A DNA stretch of 64,000 nt from a virus. The DNA is taken from positions 1 to 64,000 of the IMG/VR virus record IMGVR_UViG_3300027782_000037; one strand, written 5' to 3'. How positions within the stretch are numbered: position 1 is the stretch's first letter; the number at the start of each line of letters is the position of its first letter. The notes below the pieces were generated by a model. The model saw only the letters and a list, made by a program, of their open reading frames with translations. It was not told the origin of the DNA and did no database searches. The position numbers and the translations under genes are program-made. This document shows positions 1 to 8,940 of this stretch, piece by piece.

Positions 1-108
1 AGCTGTCACGTTGCGCATGGACCACTTACAGTCGACTACTGTTTCCCCAGGGACATCCTCCGTCACCCCGCCCTGCTGGTTGTATGATATAATTAACGGA
101 TCAACACC

Positions 109-1419
109 ATGCGATACAGTGAATTTTCCGAAGCCCTTAAACCCAGTGAATATCGAAATCTTGTCAAGGACTGGGACCGGACCCGTTATGCTGACCTATT
201 TGGGGGTCGTAATAGAATCTACTTGCCCCTGGAATCTCCTGAGACCGCCACCACCGTCAGGGTTAATCCACGAGTAAGTCAGGAAGTGGCTCAAGCTGGG
301 TATAAGATTGACGACTACGTTAAGGGCATTGCCAGTAAAACTGATAACGGACGAATTCGTCAGATTAAGATTGGTAAGCTATTATCCCAGGACACCGCCC
401 AGGTATTTGCCAATGACCCTGCTAGGCAAGCTACTAAAAAGAACAATCAACTGGTGGTGATATCCCGTCATCCATATGATATTGCGGGTATGAGTACTGA
501 CCGTGGCTGGCGTAGTTGTATGAACCTACGTGATCATGGGAACAATAAACGATTTGTGCCCCTGGACATTGCGGCCGGTACTGTAATTGCTTACTTAATT
601 GATGCTACTGATAAAAACATTAACCACCCTCAAGCACGCATGTTGATTAAACCGTTTGTCAATATCCTGGGCAATCATCAAGTTGCCCTAGGTATTGAAG
701 ATCAAATATATGGAACTGCACCCCCGGAATTCAGTAAGACCGTCAGTGCATGGGTCAAGAAGATAAATGATTCGCGTCAGCTGGATGGTATATTTGAATT
801 GGATCCACGTTTATATCATGATACACGTGACCATGATCAGGGTGATAAAAATGGCGATCCTTATCCGCGGCCACGTCTTCTTACCGGGCCCAACTCAAAG
901 CAGTATGACCAGCTGATGAACAATCCCATAGCCTATATTCGAGCGCACCCTGATGCAGACGAAGTTACTAGACGGGTCCTGATCAGTTACAATCCCAACA
1001 CTATAGAGTACATGCCCAACCCATCGCCCGAACTGCAGATGTTGGCGGTGAAAGAAAATTATAAGCTGATTAAATATGTTGAGAACCCCAGCTTTGATCT
1101 ACAGTTTCAAGTGGTTCTGGATGATCCATTTAACATACAGTATATTAACGATCCCGCAGAGAGAATAAAACAATATGCATTTTCATTAAGCGATCGTGTT
1201 TTTCCATATATTAAAAATCCACCTCTAGAAATGCAAGAAAAAGCCGTGGGGGACAATCCCTACCATATAATGTATATTGATAATCCCACACCTGAAATGC
1301 AATTATATGCGGTTCGACAACTACCGGGTGTTTATGAGCATATTAAAAATCCCACGCCCGAAGTACAGGCAGTTCATGCAGACTGGCTCCGTAAGAAAAA
1401 CTCCAGTGCCCGGCGCTGA
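109..1419 (+). CDS. Hypothetical protein with CTS-like N-terminus and C-terminal ~24-aa repeats (DUF4116-like)
   Basis: 436-aa ORF starting MRYSEFSE; repeats of I.YI.NP..E.Q..AV in the C-terminal third; GMSTDRGWRSCM motif. Confidence 0.6.
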   Translation: MRYSEFSEALKPSEYRNLVKDWDRTRYADLFGGRNRIYLPLESPETATTVRVNPRVSQEVAQAGYKIDDYVKGIASKTDNGRIRQIKIGKLLSQDTAQVFANDPARQATKKNNQLVVISRHPYDIAGMSTDRGWRSCMNLRDHGNNKRFVPLDIAAGTVIAYLIDATDKNINHPQARMLIKPFVNILGNHQVALGIEDQIYGTAPPEFSKTVSAWVKKINDSRQLDGIFELDPRLYHDTRDHDQGDKNGDPYPRPRLLTGPNSKQYDQLMNNPIAYIRAHPDADEVTRRVLISYNPNTIEYMPNPSPELQMLAVKENYKLIKYVENPSFDLQFQVVLDDPFNIQYINDPAERIKQYAFSLSDRVFPYIKNPPLEMQEKAVGDNPYHIMYIDNPTPEMQLYAVRQLPGVYEHIKNPTPEVQAVHADWLRKKNSSARR

Positions 1420-1629
1420 TTATCGTACCCATACCAGTGCAAACATAGTAGCCCAGCTTTCACTAGCACCGTAAAATTTAAACACGATCTCAAGGTCATC
1501 GGGATTAAAACTCCAGTTATAGTCAGTATTCTGTACCAGTCCCTGTTGCCTGCACCATATACTCATTTCAATCGCATTGTTTGCGCCTGGGCCTCGACGC
1601 ACAAAGGGTATTTTAACTTCAACTGTCAT
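1420..1629 (-). CDS. Small hypothetical protein (ATMFALxW C-terminal family)
   Basis: 69 aa; overlaps neighbour by 4 nt; C-terminal motif shared with adjacent ORFs. Confidence 0.6.
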   Translation of the reverse strand: MTVEVKIPFVRRGPGANNAIEMSIWCRQQGLVQNTDYNWSFNPDDLEIVFKFYGASESWATMFALVWVR

Positions 1630-1835
1630 CTTTGCCAGCGTAGTGCGAACATAGTAGCATCATAGTCATTTTCAAACTTAATACCATATCTAAAACCGTT
1701 ATTCGTATCTTGTCCCAGTGTCCAACGTTGAGTCTCTGGTAAGGGTGGATTGGGCATGTGCTGTTCTAGCCATAGCCCTACTTCTATAAATTCATTGTGT
1801 GTAAATCTTATTTTTGTCAGTTCAAAATCAATCAT
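1626..1835 (-). CDS. Small hypothetical protein (ATMFALxW C-terminal family)
   Basis: 69 aa ending FENDYDATMFALRWQR; coupled ATGA overlaps. Confidence 0.6.
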   Translation of the reverse strand: MIDFELTKIRFTHNEFIEVGLWLEQHMPNPPLPETQRWTLGQDTNNGFRYGIKFENDYDATMFALRWQR

Positions 1836-2119
1836 TCGTATTTTAACCTAAAGAAAGTTTCCTCTGATGGAGTTGCAAACTTTAAACGATATGAATAGCC
1901 ATGATATTCATGGAAGTATTTCTCAAGAGTATAATCACCAGGACTATGATCTTGCATCCGCTGCAGACTAATTGCATCATGTTCTTCTGATTGTTTGCTA
2001 TCGTCTTCACTGATGTAAAAGGCTGGACGTGGATTTAAAGTCCGTAGATATTCTTGCCAGGGTTTCTTTTTAAACATATAAGGTCCTGTGGGCATTTCAA
2101 AAAAGTTCGGTTTAGACAT
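1832..2119 (-). CDS. Hypothetical protein (FxTPxxETFFxLKY family)
   Basis: 95 aa; paralogous to 2318..2647. Confidence 0.6.
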   Translation of the reverse strand: MSKPNFFEMPTGPYMFKKKPWQEYLRTLNPRPAFYISEDDSKQSEEHDAISLQRMQDHSPGDYTLEKYFHEYHGYSYRLKFATPSEETFFRLKYE

Positions 2120-2321
2120 ATTGGCGTAGTGGTCTAGTTAGGTGTTCTATTGTTATTTGCAGCAGTACCAGGTCCAGTAAGGCCAGCAATAAGGATAGTA
2201 TTAATACCAAAAGCGTGACTAGGATTATCTGACGCCAGGTTAATCTTTTACCCAGGGCCAGAACTGCGCAGGCCAGGGTCAGCATAACCAAGGGTAGCTT
2301 CAGGAAAAATAATGCCATCAT
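2112..2321 (-). CDS. Small membrane protein
   Basis: Two hydrophobic stretches; likely starts at MMALFF, filling the gap between neighbours. Confidence 0.45.
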   Translation of the reverse strand: MMALFFLKLPLVMLTLACAVLALGKRLTWRQIILVTLLVLILSLLLALLDLVLLQITIEHLTRPLRQYV

Positions 2322-2647
2322 GCGTATTTTAATAGGAAGAAAGTTTCGTCTTCGGGTGTAGTAAATTCCATATCGATCCATAATTTACCGTCAGGATACT
2401 CACGTAACCGAATCTCATAATTACCCGGCATTACCTCCTGAAGTTGTGTGGTAAGCCTGAGGTCAAATGCTGCACGATCTGTCTGCGGATTATGGGTAGC
2501 GTATATGGTTGCCGACTCCAGATATTGTCGTACGTTCTTTATCTTGGGCGTCACCTGTAGTTTCTCCTTATAAACTTGCAAATTAAAAGTACTTAAATTT
2601 CTCAAGGCCTCCAGGACCATTTTGTTGACTTGAGTATCGGTCGTCAT
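2318..2647 (-). CDS. Hypothetical protein (FxTPxxETFFxLKY family)
   Basis: 109 aa; shares LQ..PG.Y and C-terminal motif with 1832..2119. Confidence 0.6.
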   Translation of the reverse strand: MTTDTQVNKMVLEALRNLSTFNLQVYKEKLQVTPKIKNVRQYLESATIYATHNPQTDRAAFDLRLTTQLQEVMPGNYEIRLREYPDGKLWIDMEFTTPEDETFFLLKYA

Positions 2648-2689
2648 AGTGTGGTCATGCGTCGGCGCTTCGCGCTGTTGTTCTCTAGT

Positions 2690-2917
2690 TCAATCGGCCT
2701 GCCGGAGAATAAATCCCTCCAGCGTAAGGGGGTCATAAAATGCCACTGGTTTATAGTTGCGTTCATATACGATTACCCAATCGTGATTGTTTCTGCTATC
2801 CCACTGTATTAAATCTTCAAACTGTTCCTCGTATGTATCCACGTCAGTGTCGGGAAATCTAACTAGGATTCCCCGTTCCTTTGCTTCTGCTACGTAGTTG
2901 TTTAGATCGTATCGCAT
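2690..2917 (-). CDS. Hypothetical protein
   Basis: 75-aa ORF directly downstream of clpP. Confidence 0.55.
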   Translation of the reverse strand: MRYDLNNYVAEAKERGILVRFPDTDVDTYEEQFEDLIQWDSRNNHDWVIVYERNYKPVAFYDPLTLEGFILRQAD

Positions 2918-2920
2918 GGT

Positions 2921-3511
2921 TTATCTCTTGGTAATAATTTTATCCGCTAGTCCGTATGCTACTGCTTCATCTGCTGACATAAAGTAATCACGTTCCATAT
3001 CTCTTGACAATTCGTCAAATGATTTGCCACCAGTATTATGTTGGTAATAAATGCCCGTAAGTTCTTTTTTCATCTTGAGAATCTCACGTACTTGAATCTC
3101 CATGTCCGTAGCTTGCCCACGAGCACCACCTGACGGTTGGTGGATCATGTGACGAGCGTAGGGGAGAATCAATCGTTTTCCATCTGCACCAGCTTGTGCT
3201 AACAATGAACCCATACTGCATGCCTGTCCCATAACAATAGTTGAAACATCACACTTGATAAACTGCATGGTATCATAAATCGACATGCCCGCCGTAACCG
3301 ACCCACCTGGTGAGTTAATATAAAATAAAATATCTGCTTCGGGATCGTCTGCTTCCAGGAATAGCATCTGCGCCACTACTAGACTAGCTGACGTTTCGTT
3401 TACATCGGTATCCAGCATGACAATACGGTCCTGTAATAGTCGGCTGTAGATATCGTAACTACGCTCGCCTTTGGCTGTTTGTTGCACTACCATGGGGATT
3501 AAACTGGGCAT
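2921..3511 (-). CDS. clpP: ATP-dependent Clp protease proteolytic subunit
   Basis: [19 protein letters not shown], catalytic S (ACSMGS), H (MIHQP), D (ATDMEI); start at MPSLIP after an AGGA RBS. Confidence 0.95.
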   Translation of the reverse strand: MPSLIPMVVQQTAKGERSYDIYSRLLQDRIVMLDTDVNETSASLVVAQMLFLEADDPEADILFYINSPGGSVTAGMSIYDTMQFIKCDVSTIVMGQACSMGSLLAQAGADGKRLILPYARHMIHQPSGGARGQATDMEIQVREILKMKKELTGIYYQHNTGGKSFDELSRDMERDYFMSADEAVAYGLADKIITKR

Positions 3512-3609
3512 TGATTTTCCTTTAAGTTGTATTAGTAATAAGTAATAGTATAACATCGAATGAATACGAAATCAAGTGTTCATATAGCCTAAATGAATAA
3601 GTAAATGAT

Positions 3610-4851
3610 ATGAGAAATTTAATTGACATTATAAAAGAAATGGAGCAGGTTAACGAATCTCCCGAAGAAGTTCGGTCTGAGATTGTTAACCGTGTACAGA
3701 ATATGTCGGATGAGCAGGATCTCAAGGACATATTAAAATATTCCAATAGATTCGCCATACGCAATGACGTAACTGATTTCGCCACAATACGTAAGTACAG
3801 CGATGTCGTATCAAAAGTAATATTACAAAGCCTAGCGGATGCTGATTTACCACCCAAAGAAGTTCAGGATTTCCTCAAAAAACTATCGGTAGATGGTATT
3901 TTAAAAGTGGATACCCTACTGGAGCCTGGGGTAATACACTCACTGGATAAACTCATAGACACCGGTTATCGATCAATTTTTAATAAAATTAAAAATGATC
4001 TATTTTCAAAACTCTCCGGCAGTATTGGTGAAAGGGGGGTAGTTGGCAAGGGAGAATATTTGTTGTCCATTATGAGTCCAAAAATTAATCGAACCGGTGG
4101 TGCCGGTGATTTGGATGTAGACGGTAACTCAGTTGAGGTCAAGGCCGGTGCAAATGGCCGCGTTGGTCCCTATGGTAGTTTTTCTCTTGCGGGTCGTTTT
4201 CCAGAATTTTTAAGTTTTATAAAGGAATTAGTTCGTGCAGGGAAAATGCCATCAAGCAAGTTACAACTTGCCAACGATCCCATAAAATTTAACCCGACAA
4301 AATTAAAAATGACTTTTTTTACCGATTTCTTCGAAACCGAAGAAAATGTTAAGTTAGCATTAGGTAAAATGTTAGCCATGCATTATGGTAATAACTATGA
4401 TACTGAATCAATAGTCAATAAGGTGGTTGGATCAGGTGGTTCTATAAATGGGGACATGCTGGCCAAGGAAATGATGAAAGCATCATTTACCGTATACAAA
4501 GACGCTAAGGGGTTTTCTGGGATATTGGTCCTGGATGAAACTGCTACTAACTTTTTATATATCGATAGTCCAGAAAGTATGGCCGAATCTTCTGGCAAAT
4601 ATTTTGGTGTAACCTTCCCCAGCTGGGTTGGTGACGCTTCAAATTGTATGAAAATAAGCGGCTTATATGCGGGCGGGGGGAAAGATGCTCGTGTGGCAGC
4701 TTCTTCATCGGCCAAACCAGTACAGACAGTTGTCATTAATGAACCACCGGATAATATACAAGCCAGTGCAGGTGGCGTTGCGGCAGAACCCTTGGGTACT
4801 AAAAATACCATGGGTCGAACTTATCGTGACAAAAGTCGTAACAAAACCTAA
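3610..4851 (+). CDS. Hypothetical protein with PD-(D/E)XK-like motif
   Basis: GKGEY...GDLDVDGNSVEVKA; lone plus-strand gene between two clpP genes. Confidence 0.55.
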   Translation: MRNLIDIIKEMEQVNESPEEVRSEIVNRVQNMSDEQDLKDILKYSNRFAIRNDVTDFATIRKYSDVVSKVILQSLADADLPPKEVQDFLKKLSVDGILKVDTLLEPGVIHSLDKLIDTGYRSIFNKIKNDLFSKLSGSIGERGVVGKGEYLLSIMSPKINRTGGAGDLDVDGNSVEVKAGANGRVGPYGSFSLAGRFPEFLSFIKELVRAGKMPSSKLQLANDPIKFNPTKLKMTFFTDFFETEENVKLALGKMLAMHYGNNYDTESIVNKVVGSGGSINGDMLAKEMMKASFTVYKDAKGFSGILVLDETATNFLYIDSPESMAESSGKYFGVTFPSWVGDASNCMKISGLYAGGGKDARVAASSSAKPVQTVVINEPPDNIQASAGGVAAEPLGTKNTMGRTYRDKSRNKT

Positions 4852-5433
4852 TTACTTTTTTAAATCACTGATATAATCGCAAATCCCCATGCTCATTGCT
4901 TCCTCAGCCGACAGCCAAACGTCACTGCTGGGCAGCAATTGGGATTTAATAGTGGCTTCGTCCAGGCCCGTAGTTTCTTTGTAATGTTCTACCATACGCT
5001 CGTTAACTAGGTTGAACTCTTTGGTGATGCTGAACAGCTCGTGGTGTTTGCCTTCCGAGTATGCTGAGTATTGATGGCTTAGTATACTGGTATTGGGTGT
5101 TAGTATTCTACGACCCCTACTACCCGACAAAAATATCAGTAATCCCGAACTGGCAATGGTACCCAAGCCCACGGTCTTAATCGGAATCGAACTGGACCGC
5201 ATGACATCGATTAAGGCAAATGCGTGTTCTACACTCCCACCCTCACTACATATCATCAGCAATAGTTCTTTTTTCTTACGTTTGGCCACGTGGTTTGCAA
5301 ACAGAATCCATTCCACCACGGGCTTAATGGTTTCGGCATTGACCTCATCCATAAACACATACATGCCAGATTCTTGTAGCAATTGACTGGGTTCTTTATT
5401 GGTAGTGTCTACTTCGGGAATACTTGATGCCAT
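4852..5433 (-). CDS. clpP: Divergent second ClpP-like peptidase
   Basis: ICSEGGSV, GTIASSG (Ser), ILSHQ (His), WLSAEEAMSMGICD. Confidence 0.85.
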   Translation of the reverse strand: MASSIPEVDTTNKEPSQLLQESGMYVFMDEVNAETIKPVVEWILFANHVAKRKKKELLLMICSEGGSVEHAFALIDVMRSSSIPIKTVGLGTIASSGLLIFLSGSRGRRILTPNTSILSHQYSAYSEGKHHELFSITKEFNLVNERMVEHYKETTGLDEATIKSQLLPSSDVWLSAEEAMSMGICDYISDLKK

Positions 5434-5521
5434 AATCTCAACCTATTGGGTTAGTGTGTACGTAAATTATACTGGGTGATAACTCTGTTGTCACTATTTA
5501 CTCGATCAAATTTACTGAGCC

Positions 5522-5546
5522 AAAATAAAAGCCCCTTGCGGGGCCT
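5522..5546 (-). terminator. Rho-independent terminator after phasin-like gene
   Basis: GCCCC-gcaa-GGGGC hairpin followed by a T tract on the minus strand. Confidence 0.75.
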
Positions 5547-5560
5547 TGTAGCTTATACCA

Positions 5561-5806
5561 TTACTTGGTAGTTTTTGCCAAAGTTTGTGTAAACTTGTCA
5601 GTGCTGCTCTTGACAATCTCAGATACTGTTTTAGCAGTGGCTAAGTTAACACGGGCAAATTCAGCATTGGCTTTGGCCAAATTTTTCATTGCTGTGCCGA
5701 ATTCGGCTGGTTGTAAATACGCCAACACGTTCAGAGTGCTTTTTTCCATCTGATCGATAATCTTAGTTGGGTCCATCATTTCTTCAAAAGTCTTCATAAA
5801 TTCCAT
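5561..5806 (-). CDS. Phasin-like amphipathic helical protein
   Basis: 81 aa, Ala/Lys/Thr-rich and helical; strong RBS; own promoter and terminator. Confidence 0.5.
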   Translation of the reverse strand: MEFMKTFEEMMDPTKIIDQMEKSTLNVLAYLQPAEFGTAMKNLAKANAEFARVNLATAKTVSEIVKSSTDKFTQTLAKTTK

Positions 5807-5880
5807 TTTAAATCTCCGGTTAAGCGAGCTTTATGTTAGCCCCACCATTGGGCACTAACTGTTCTCTATCTTATTTATAT

Positions 5881-5915
5881 ATTATAGCATAAAAAATGTG
5901 CGGTTGCAACATTTT
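5881..5915 (-). promoter_or_regulatory. Sigma70-like promoter (TTGCAA-17-TATAAT) overlapped by the palindromic operator AAAATGTTGCAACCGCACATTTT
   Basis: Read directly from the sequence. Confidence 0.65.
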
Positions 5916-5935
5916 CTTGCTATTTTGGTAAAACA

Positions 5936-6025
5936 TCAATAATATCTATAGCGAATATCAAGTTTAGCCTGACGCATTCTAGCTTCAATAATTACAGATA
6001 AAACTGCTTTTAAAAATTTTCTCAT
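5936..6025 (-). CDS. 29-aa peptide MRKFLKAVLSVIIEARMRQAKLDIRYRYY
   Basis: Manual translation; TAATG coupling to the upstream ORF. Confidence 0.45.
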   Translation of the reverse strand: MRKFLKAVLSVIIEARMRQAKLDIRYRYY

Positions 6026-6183
6026 TAAATTAACCCCTTTTGAACGCCGCGCTCGAACGAGCTTGCCCAGTATTCAACATCGGCAATGTTGGTGGGATTT
6101 TTACTGGTAATATATTTTTCCATACGTTGTCCGTATGATGGTGTATCGAATAGACTTGTGATCCATTTTAAAAAAGTTTTCAT
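6025..6183 (-). CDS. DUF3563-like small protein (52 aa)
   Basis: Manual translation MKTFLKWITSLF...MEKYITSKNPTNIADVEYWASSFER; AGGA RBS. Confidence 0.55.
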   Translation of the reverse strand: MKTFLKWITSLFDTPSYGQRMEKYITSKNPTNIADVEYWASSFERGVQKGLI

Positions 6184-6240
6184 TTTGTGATTTCCTTATA
6201 ATGTACGTATTAGTGTTTGTACTAATATGTTTATTTAGTC

Positions 6241-6269
6241 ATTATATTGCAAACGCACAATTCTGTCAA
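6241..6269 (-). promoter_or_regulatory. Consensus sigma70 promoter TTGACA-17-TATAAT with TGTGCGTTTGCAA in the spacer
   Basis: Perfect -35/-10 match. Confidence 0.8.
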
Positions 6270-6322
6270 TATTATTTTTGATATATCGCAAAATAAGTTA
6301 AATATAACATCAGGAGATTACT

Positions 6323-6586
6323 ATGTTAGAATTTTTAAAACGCTTATTGGGTCTAGGACCTAAAGTAGAACAAGTGGCAGCGCCATACAAAGTGGAAGCA
6401 CCTACACCAGTTGTGGAACCAGCACCAGTTGCACCACCAGTCTTGGAACCAGCACCAGTTGCAGCAGTGGAGCCAGCGCAAGAGGATAAAAAAGCAGCTA
6501 CCGGAACTGCCAAGTCAACTGCTAAAAAAGGTGCCGAAACTGGAGCCAAGCCCGCTAGAAGACGTAAGAAGCCAGCTGCTACATAA
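6323..6586 (+). CDS. Pro/Ala-rich protein with basic tail
   Basis: 87 aa; VEPAPVA repeats; AGGAG RBS; TAAATA upstream. Confidence 0.65.
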   Translation: MLEFLKRLLGLGPKVEQVAAPYKVEAPTPVVEPAPVAPPVLEPAPVAAVEPAQEDKKAATGTAKSTAKKGAETGAKPARRRKKPAAT

Positions 6587-6878
6587 ACAGCATTCGTGCT
6601 AGTCCGATAGAATCAATAATGACCAAAAAGACGGCGTTGGCCAGCAGGCCAAAACTCCGTCTGGTCCAGCAAGCCCATGCGCTGGCGATACATCCACAAA
6701 TAAAGATTGAGTAGAGTGGAATTACCGGAATTGTCGGCACAGTTACCGCAAAGATAATTGCGCTGACGACAGAACATGCCCAGGCAAAGACTTCTGCTAG
6801 AAATCTAGTTCTGTTACTGGCCCAATCTTGTTTAATATATTGCCAGATATTGCTACTGGCTACTGTGATTAATTCCAT
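6579..6878 (-). CDS. Small multi-pass membrane protein
   Basis: Three hydrophobic segments; probable start at MELITV. Confidence 0.55.
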   Translation of the reverse strand: MELITVASSNIWQYIKQDWASNRTRFLAEVFAWACSVVSAIIFAVTVPTIPVIPLYSIFICGCIASAWACWTRRSFGLLANAVFLVIIDSIGLARMLFM

Positions 6879-7890
6879 TTTTCCACTGCCTATATAAGTT
6901 AAAGGAAGAAATATTCTTTCCTTTTGATTCGCACATGATATCAAAGTTATCTAGGAATCCCAAAGCCCATTCATTACATGCTGTATTCCAATAGAAGTCG
7001 CTGTGTGCTCGTAACTTTTGTTTCTTTTTACCCGCCAACAATAGTGCTGTATAGTCAGGTAAAGTGTTTACATCATGTCCGGGAAGCCAATCTTCACGAC
7101 TGACAGAATAATGGCAAGTAGGCCTGACACCGCGCCAGCTTTCCAACACACGTAATACACGATCATCTTTTGTTTGAATATATTCCCCGGTACGTATCCA
7201 ATGATGGTGGATATCGATAACAATAGGAACGACATCGCTAATAGTAAGTACATCTTCTAAGCCCCATGCGTTTTCTTCGTTTTCAATTGTAATAGTATTC
7301 CTAGCTTCCGGCGATAACCGTTGCAGGACTTGTCTGATGCCTTCTGGCCCTCGCCGCCCAGCAACGTGGACGTTGATTTTGAAGTCTTGGAACTGTTGGC
7401 CGTAGCCCATGAATCTTGCCATGTCCGCATGATATTCAAATTCCTCTATAGACCTTGAAACAATGTCGTCAGAATCTGAAGCCAAAACTGTGAACTGACC
7501 AGGATGGAAGCTAAGACGCACATTATTACCACGAGCCAGCAGCCCAATCTTAGCAAACGCCCGTTCAGCGTAAAGCCTAACGTCAGGGCGACGCCAAAAA
7601 TAACTCCAATCCCGGTGAGTATACACTGGTAAAATATCACTACTAATACGAACCATGCGAAGGTGCTCATCTAATTCACTTACCCTTTTAACAAGTTTAT
7701 AGGTAGATTCAATGTTTTGTTTCATTAAATCCCATAGTTTTTCTTCAGCGGCTGTTTGCGTTTGGCGATTAAGCCAAGCTACTGTGGTACTACCTGTATT
7801 GTACTTCTTGGCATCATCTGTTGCCTTGATACCATTAACCTGCTCTGGATAATCAATCCATTTACAAGCAAACCCAATTTTACCCTGCAT
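6853..7890 (-). CDS. uvsE: UV-damage endonuclease (UVDE)
   Basis: KIGFACK, RLSFHPGQF, INVH, TIENEE, DIHHHW, AHSD, DIMCESKGK. Confidence 0.93.
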   Translation of the reverse strand: MQGKIGFACKWIDYPEQVNGIKATDDAKKYNTGSTTVAWLNRQTQTAAEEKLWDLMKQNIESTYKLVKRVSELDEHLRMVRISSDILPVYTHRDWSYFWRRPDVRLYAERAFAKIGLLARGNNVRLSFHPGQFTVLASDSDDIVSRSIEEFEYHADMARFMGYGQQFQDFKINVHVAGRRGPEGIRQVLQRLSPEARNTITIENEENAWGLEDVLTISDVVPIVIDIHHHWIRTGEYIQTKDDRVLRVLESWRGVRPTCHYSVSREDWLPGHDVNTLPDYTALLLAGKKKQKLRAHSDFYWNTACNEWALGFLDNFDIMCESKGKNISSFNLYRQWKNGINHSSQ

Positions 7891-7925
7891 AGGGATCCTT
7901 TACATTGTATAAGAATAGTAACGTA

Positions 7926-7954
7926 ATGATACTATAAAGTTCATTGAATGTCAA
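7926..7954 (-). promoter_or_regulatory. Sigma70-like promoter of uvsE (TTGACA-17-TATCAT)
   Basis: Read directly from the sequence. Confidence 0.65.
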
Positions 7955-7963
7955 ACATTTTAG

Positions 7964-7970
7964 CTAAATA
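7964..7970 (+). promoter_or_regulatory. T4-like late promoter CTAAATA
   Basis: Same motif precedes many genes: 6232, 13825, 27179, 37715, 41713, 42416, 43993, 49405 on minus and 30048 on plus; compare T4 TATAAATA. Confidence 0.65.
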
Positions 7971-8028
7971 TTCGATACATTGGATTTATCGCATTTTGCG
8001 GTGCTTTATAACATAACCAAACATAATT

Positions 8029-8931
8029 ATGAAAATTAGCGAAATTAAAAAAGGTCAAAAAGATAGCAATGGCTATACTAAATGCTGGCCCGGCAAACAT
8101 GCGGCAGGTACCAAGAAGGGTAAGAACGGCGGACAGGTACGTAACTGTGTGCCCAATGAATCTGTAGCCGAAGCCGCCAATGCTGCACAGCAGGCGGCTA
8201 TTGCGGTTAATATGAAAAAGCATCACAAAAAGCCTAATAAAAGTGTGTCGGAAGGCTTTAATGAGAGTCCGGTATTAGATAAAAATATGAGAACTGCAAG
8301 TGTAAATGATACAGGTGAACAAGAAGGATCGTTTGTTAAAAATCAATTACGTACAATTCAACGTGTATCACACCATTTAAGTAACGAATTAGCTGACACC
8401 CAAGATTTGCCAGAATGGGTCGAGATGAAAATTAGCCAAGCCCAGGAGATGATGGTTGGGGTAATGGATTATGTAACTAGTGCCAAAGAAATCGATATGG
8501 ATAATCACGGTGATAGTGATAGTATGATGGCAGAAGCCAATGCGCAATTTGACATGATTGAAGCAATGATGGAAGATCTTGCTGTCGAGTATGGGATAGA
8601 CTCTGATTCGGTATGGGACCTATTTGAAACCGTATCGGATAGTGAATTACTGGCGGAAACCGCAGCGTGGGAAAAGTCATCGGGTAAGAATAAAAACGGC
8701 GGCCTTAATCAGAAGGGTGTGAATAGTTATAGAAGAGAACACCCCGGTTCAAAATTACAAACAGCAGTAACAACTAAACCCAGCAAACTTAAAAAAGGCA
8801 GCAAAGCAGCCAAGCGGCGCAAGAGTTTTTGTGCTCGTATGTCGGGTATGAAGAAGCACCGCACTGGTGCCAAGACTGCGCATGATCCCAATAGCCGTAT
8901 CAATAAATCACTGCGTAAGTGGAATTGCTAA
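8029..8931 (+). CDS. Mosaic basic putative virion-internal protein (DUF6321-like C-terminus)
   Basis: KCWPG..NCV module; LPEWVEMKI; RRKSFCARM...SLRKWNC; late promoter upstream. Confidence 0.55.
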   Translation: MKISEIKKGQKDSNGYTKCWPGKHAAGTKKGKNGGQVRNCVPNESVAEAANAAQQAAIAVNMKKHHKKPNKSVSEGFNESPVLDKNMRTASVNDTGEQEGSFVKNQLRTIQRVSHHLSNELADTQDLPEWVEMKISQAQEMMVGVMDYVTSAKEIDMDNHGDSDSMMAEANAQFDMIEAMMEDLAVEYGIDSDSVWDLFETVSDSELLAETAAWEKSSGKNKNGGLNQKGVNSYRREHPGSKLQTAVTTKPSKLKKGSKAAKRRKSFCARMSGMKKHRTGAKTAHDPNSRINKSLRKWNC

Positions 8932-8940
8932 TATAAAGTA

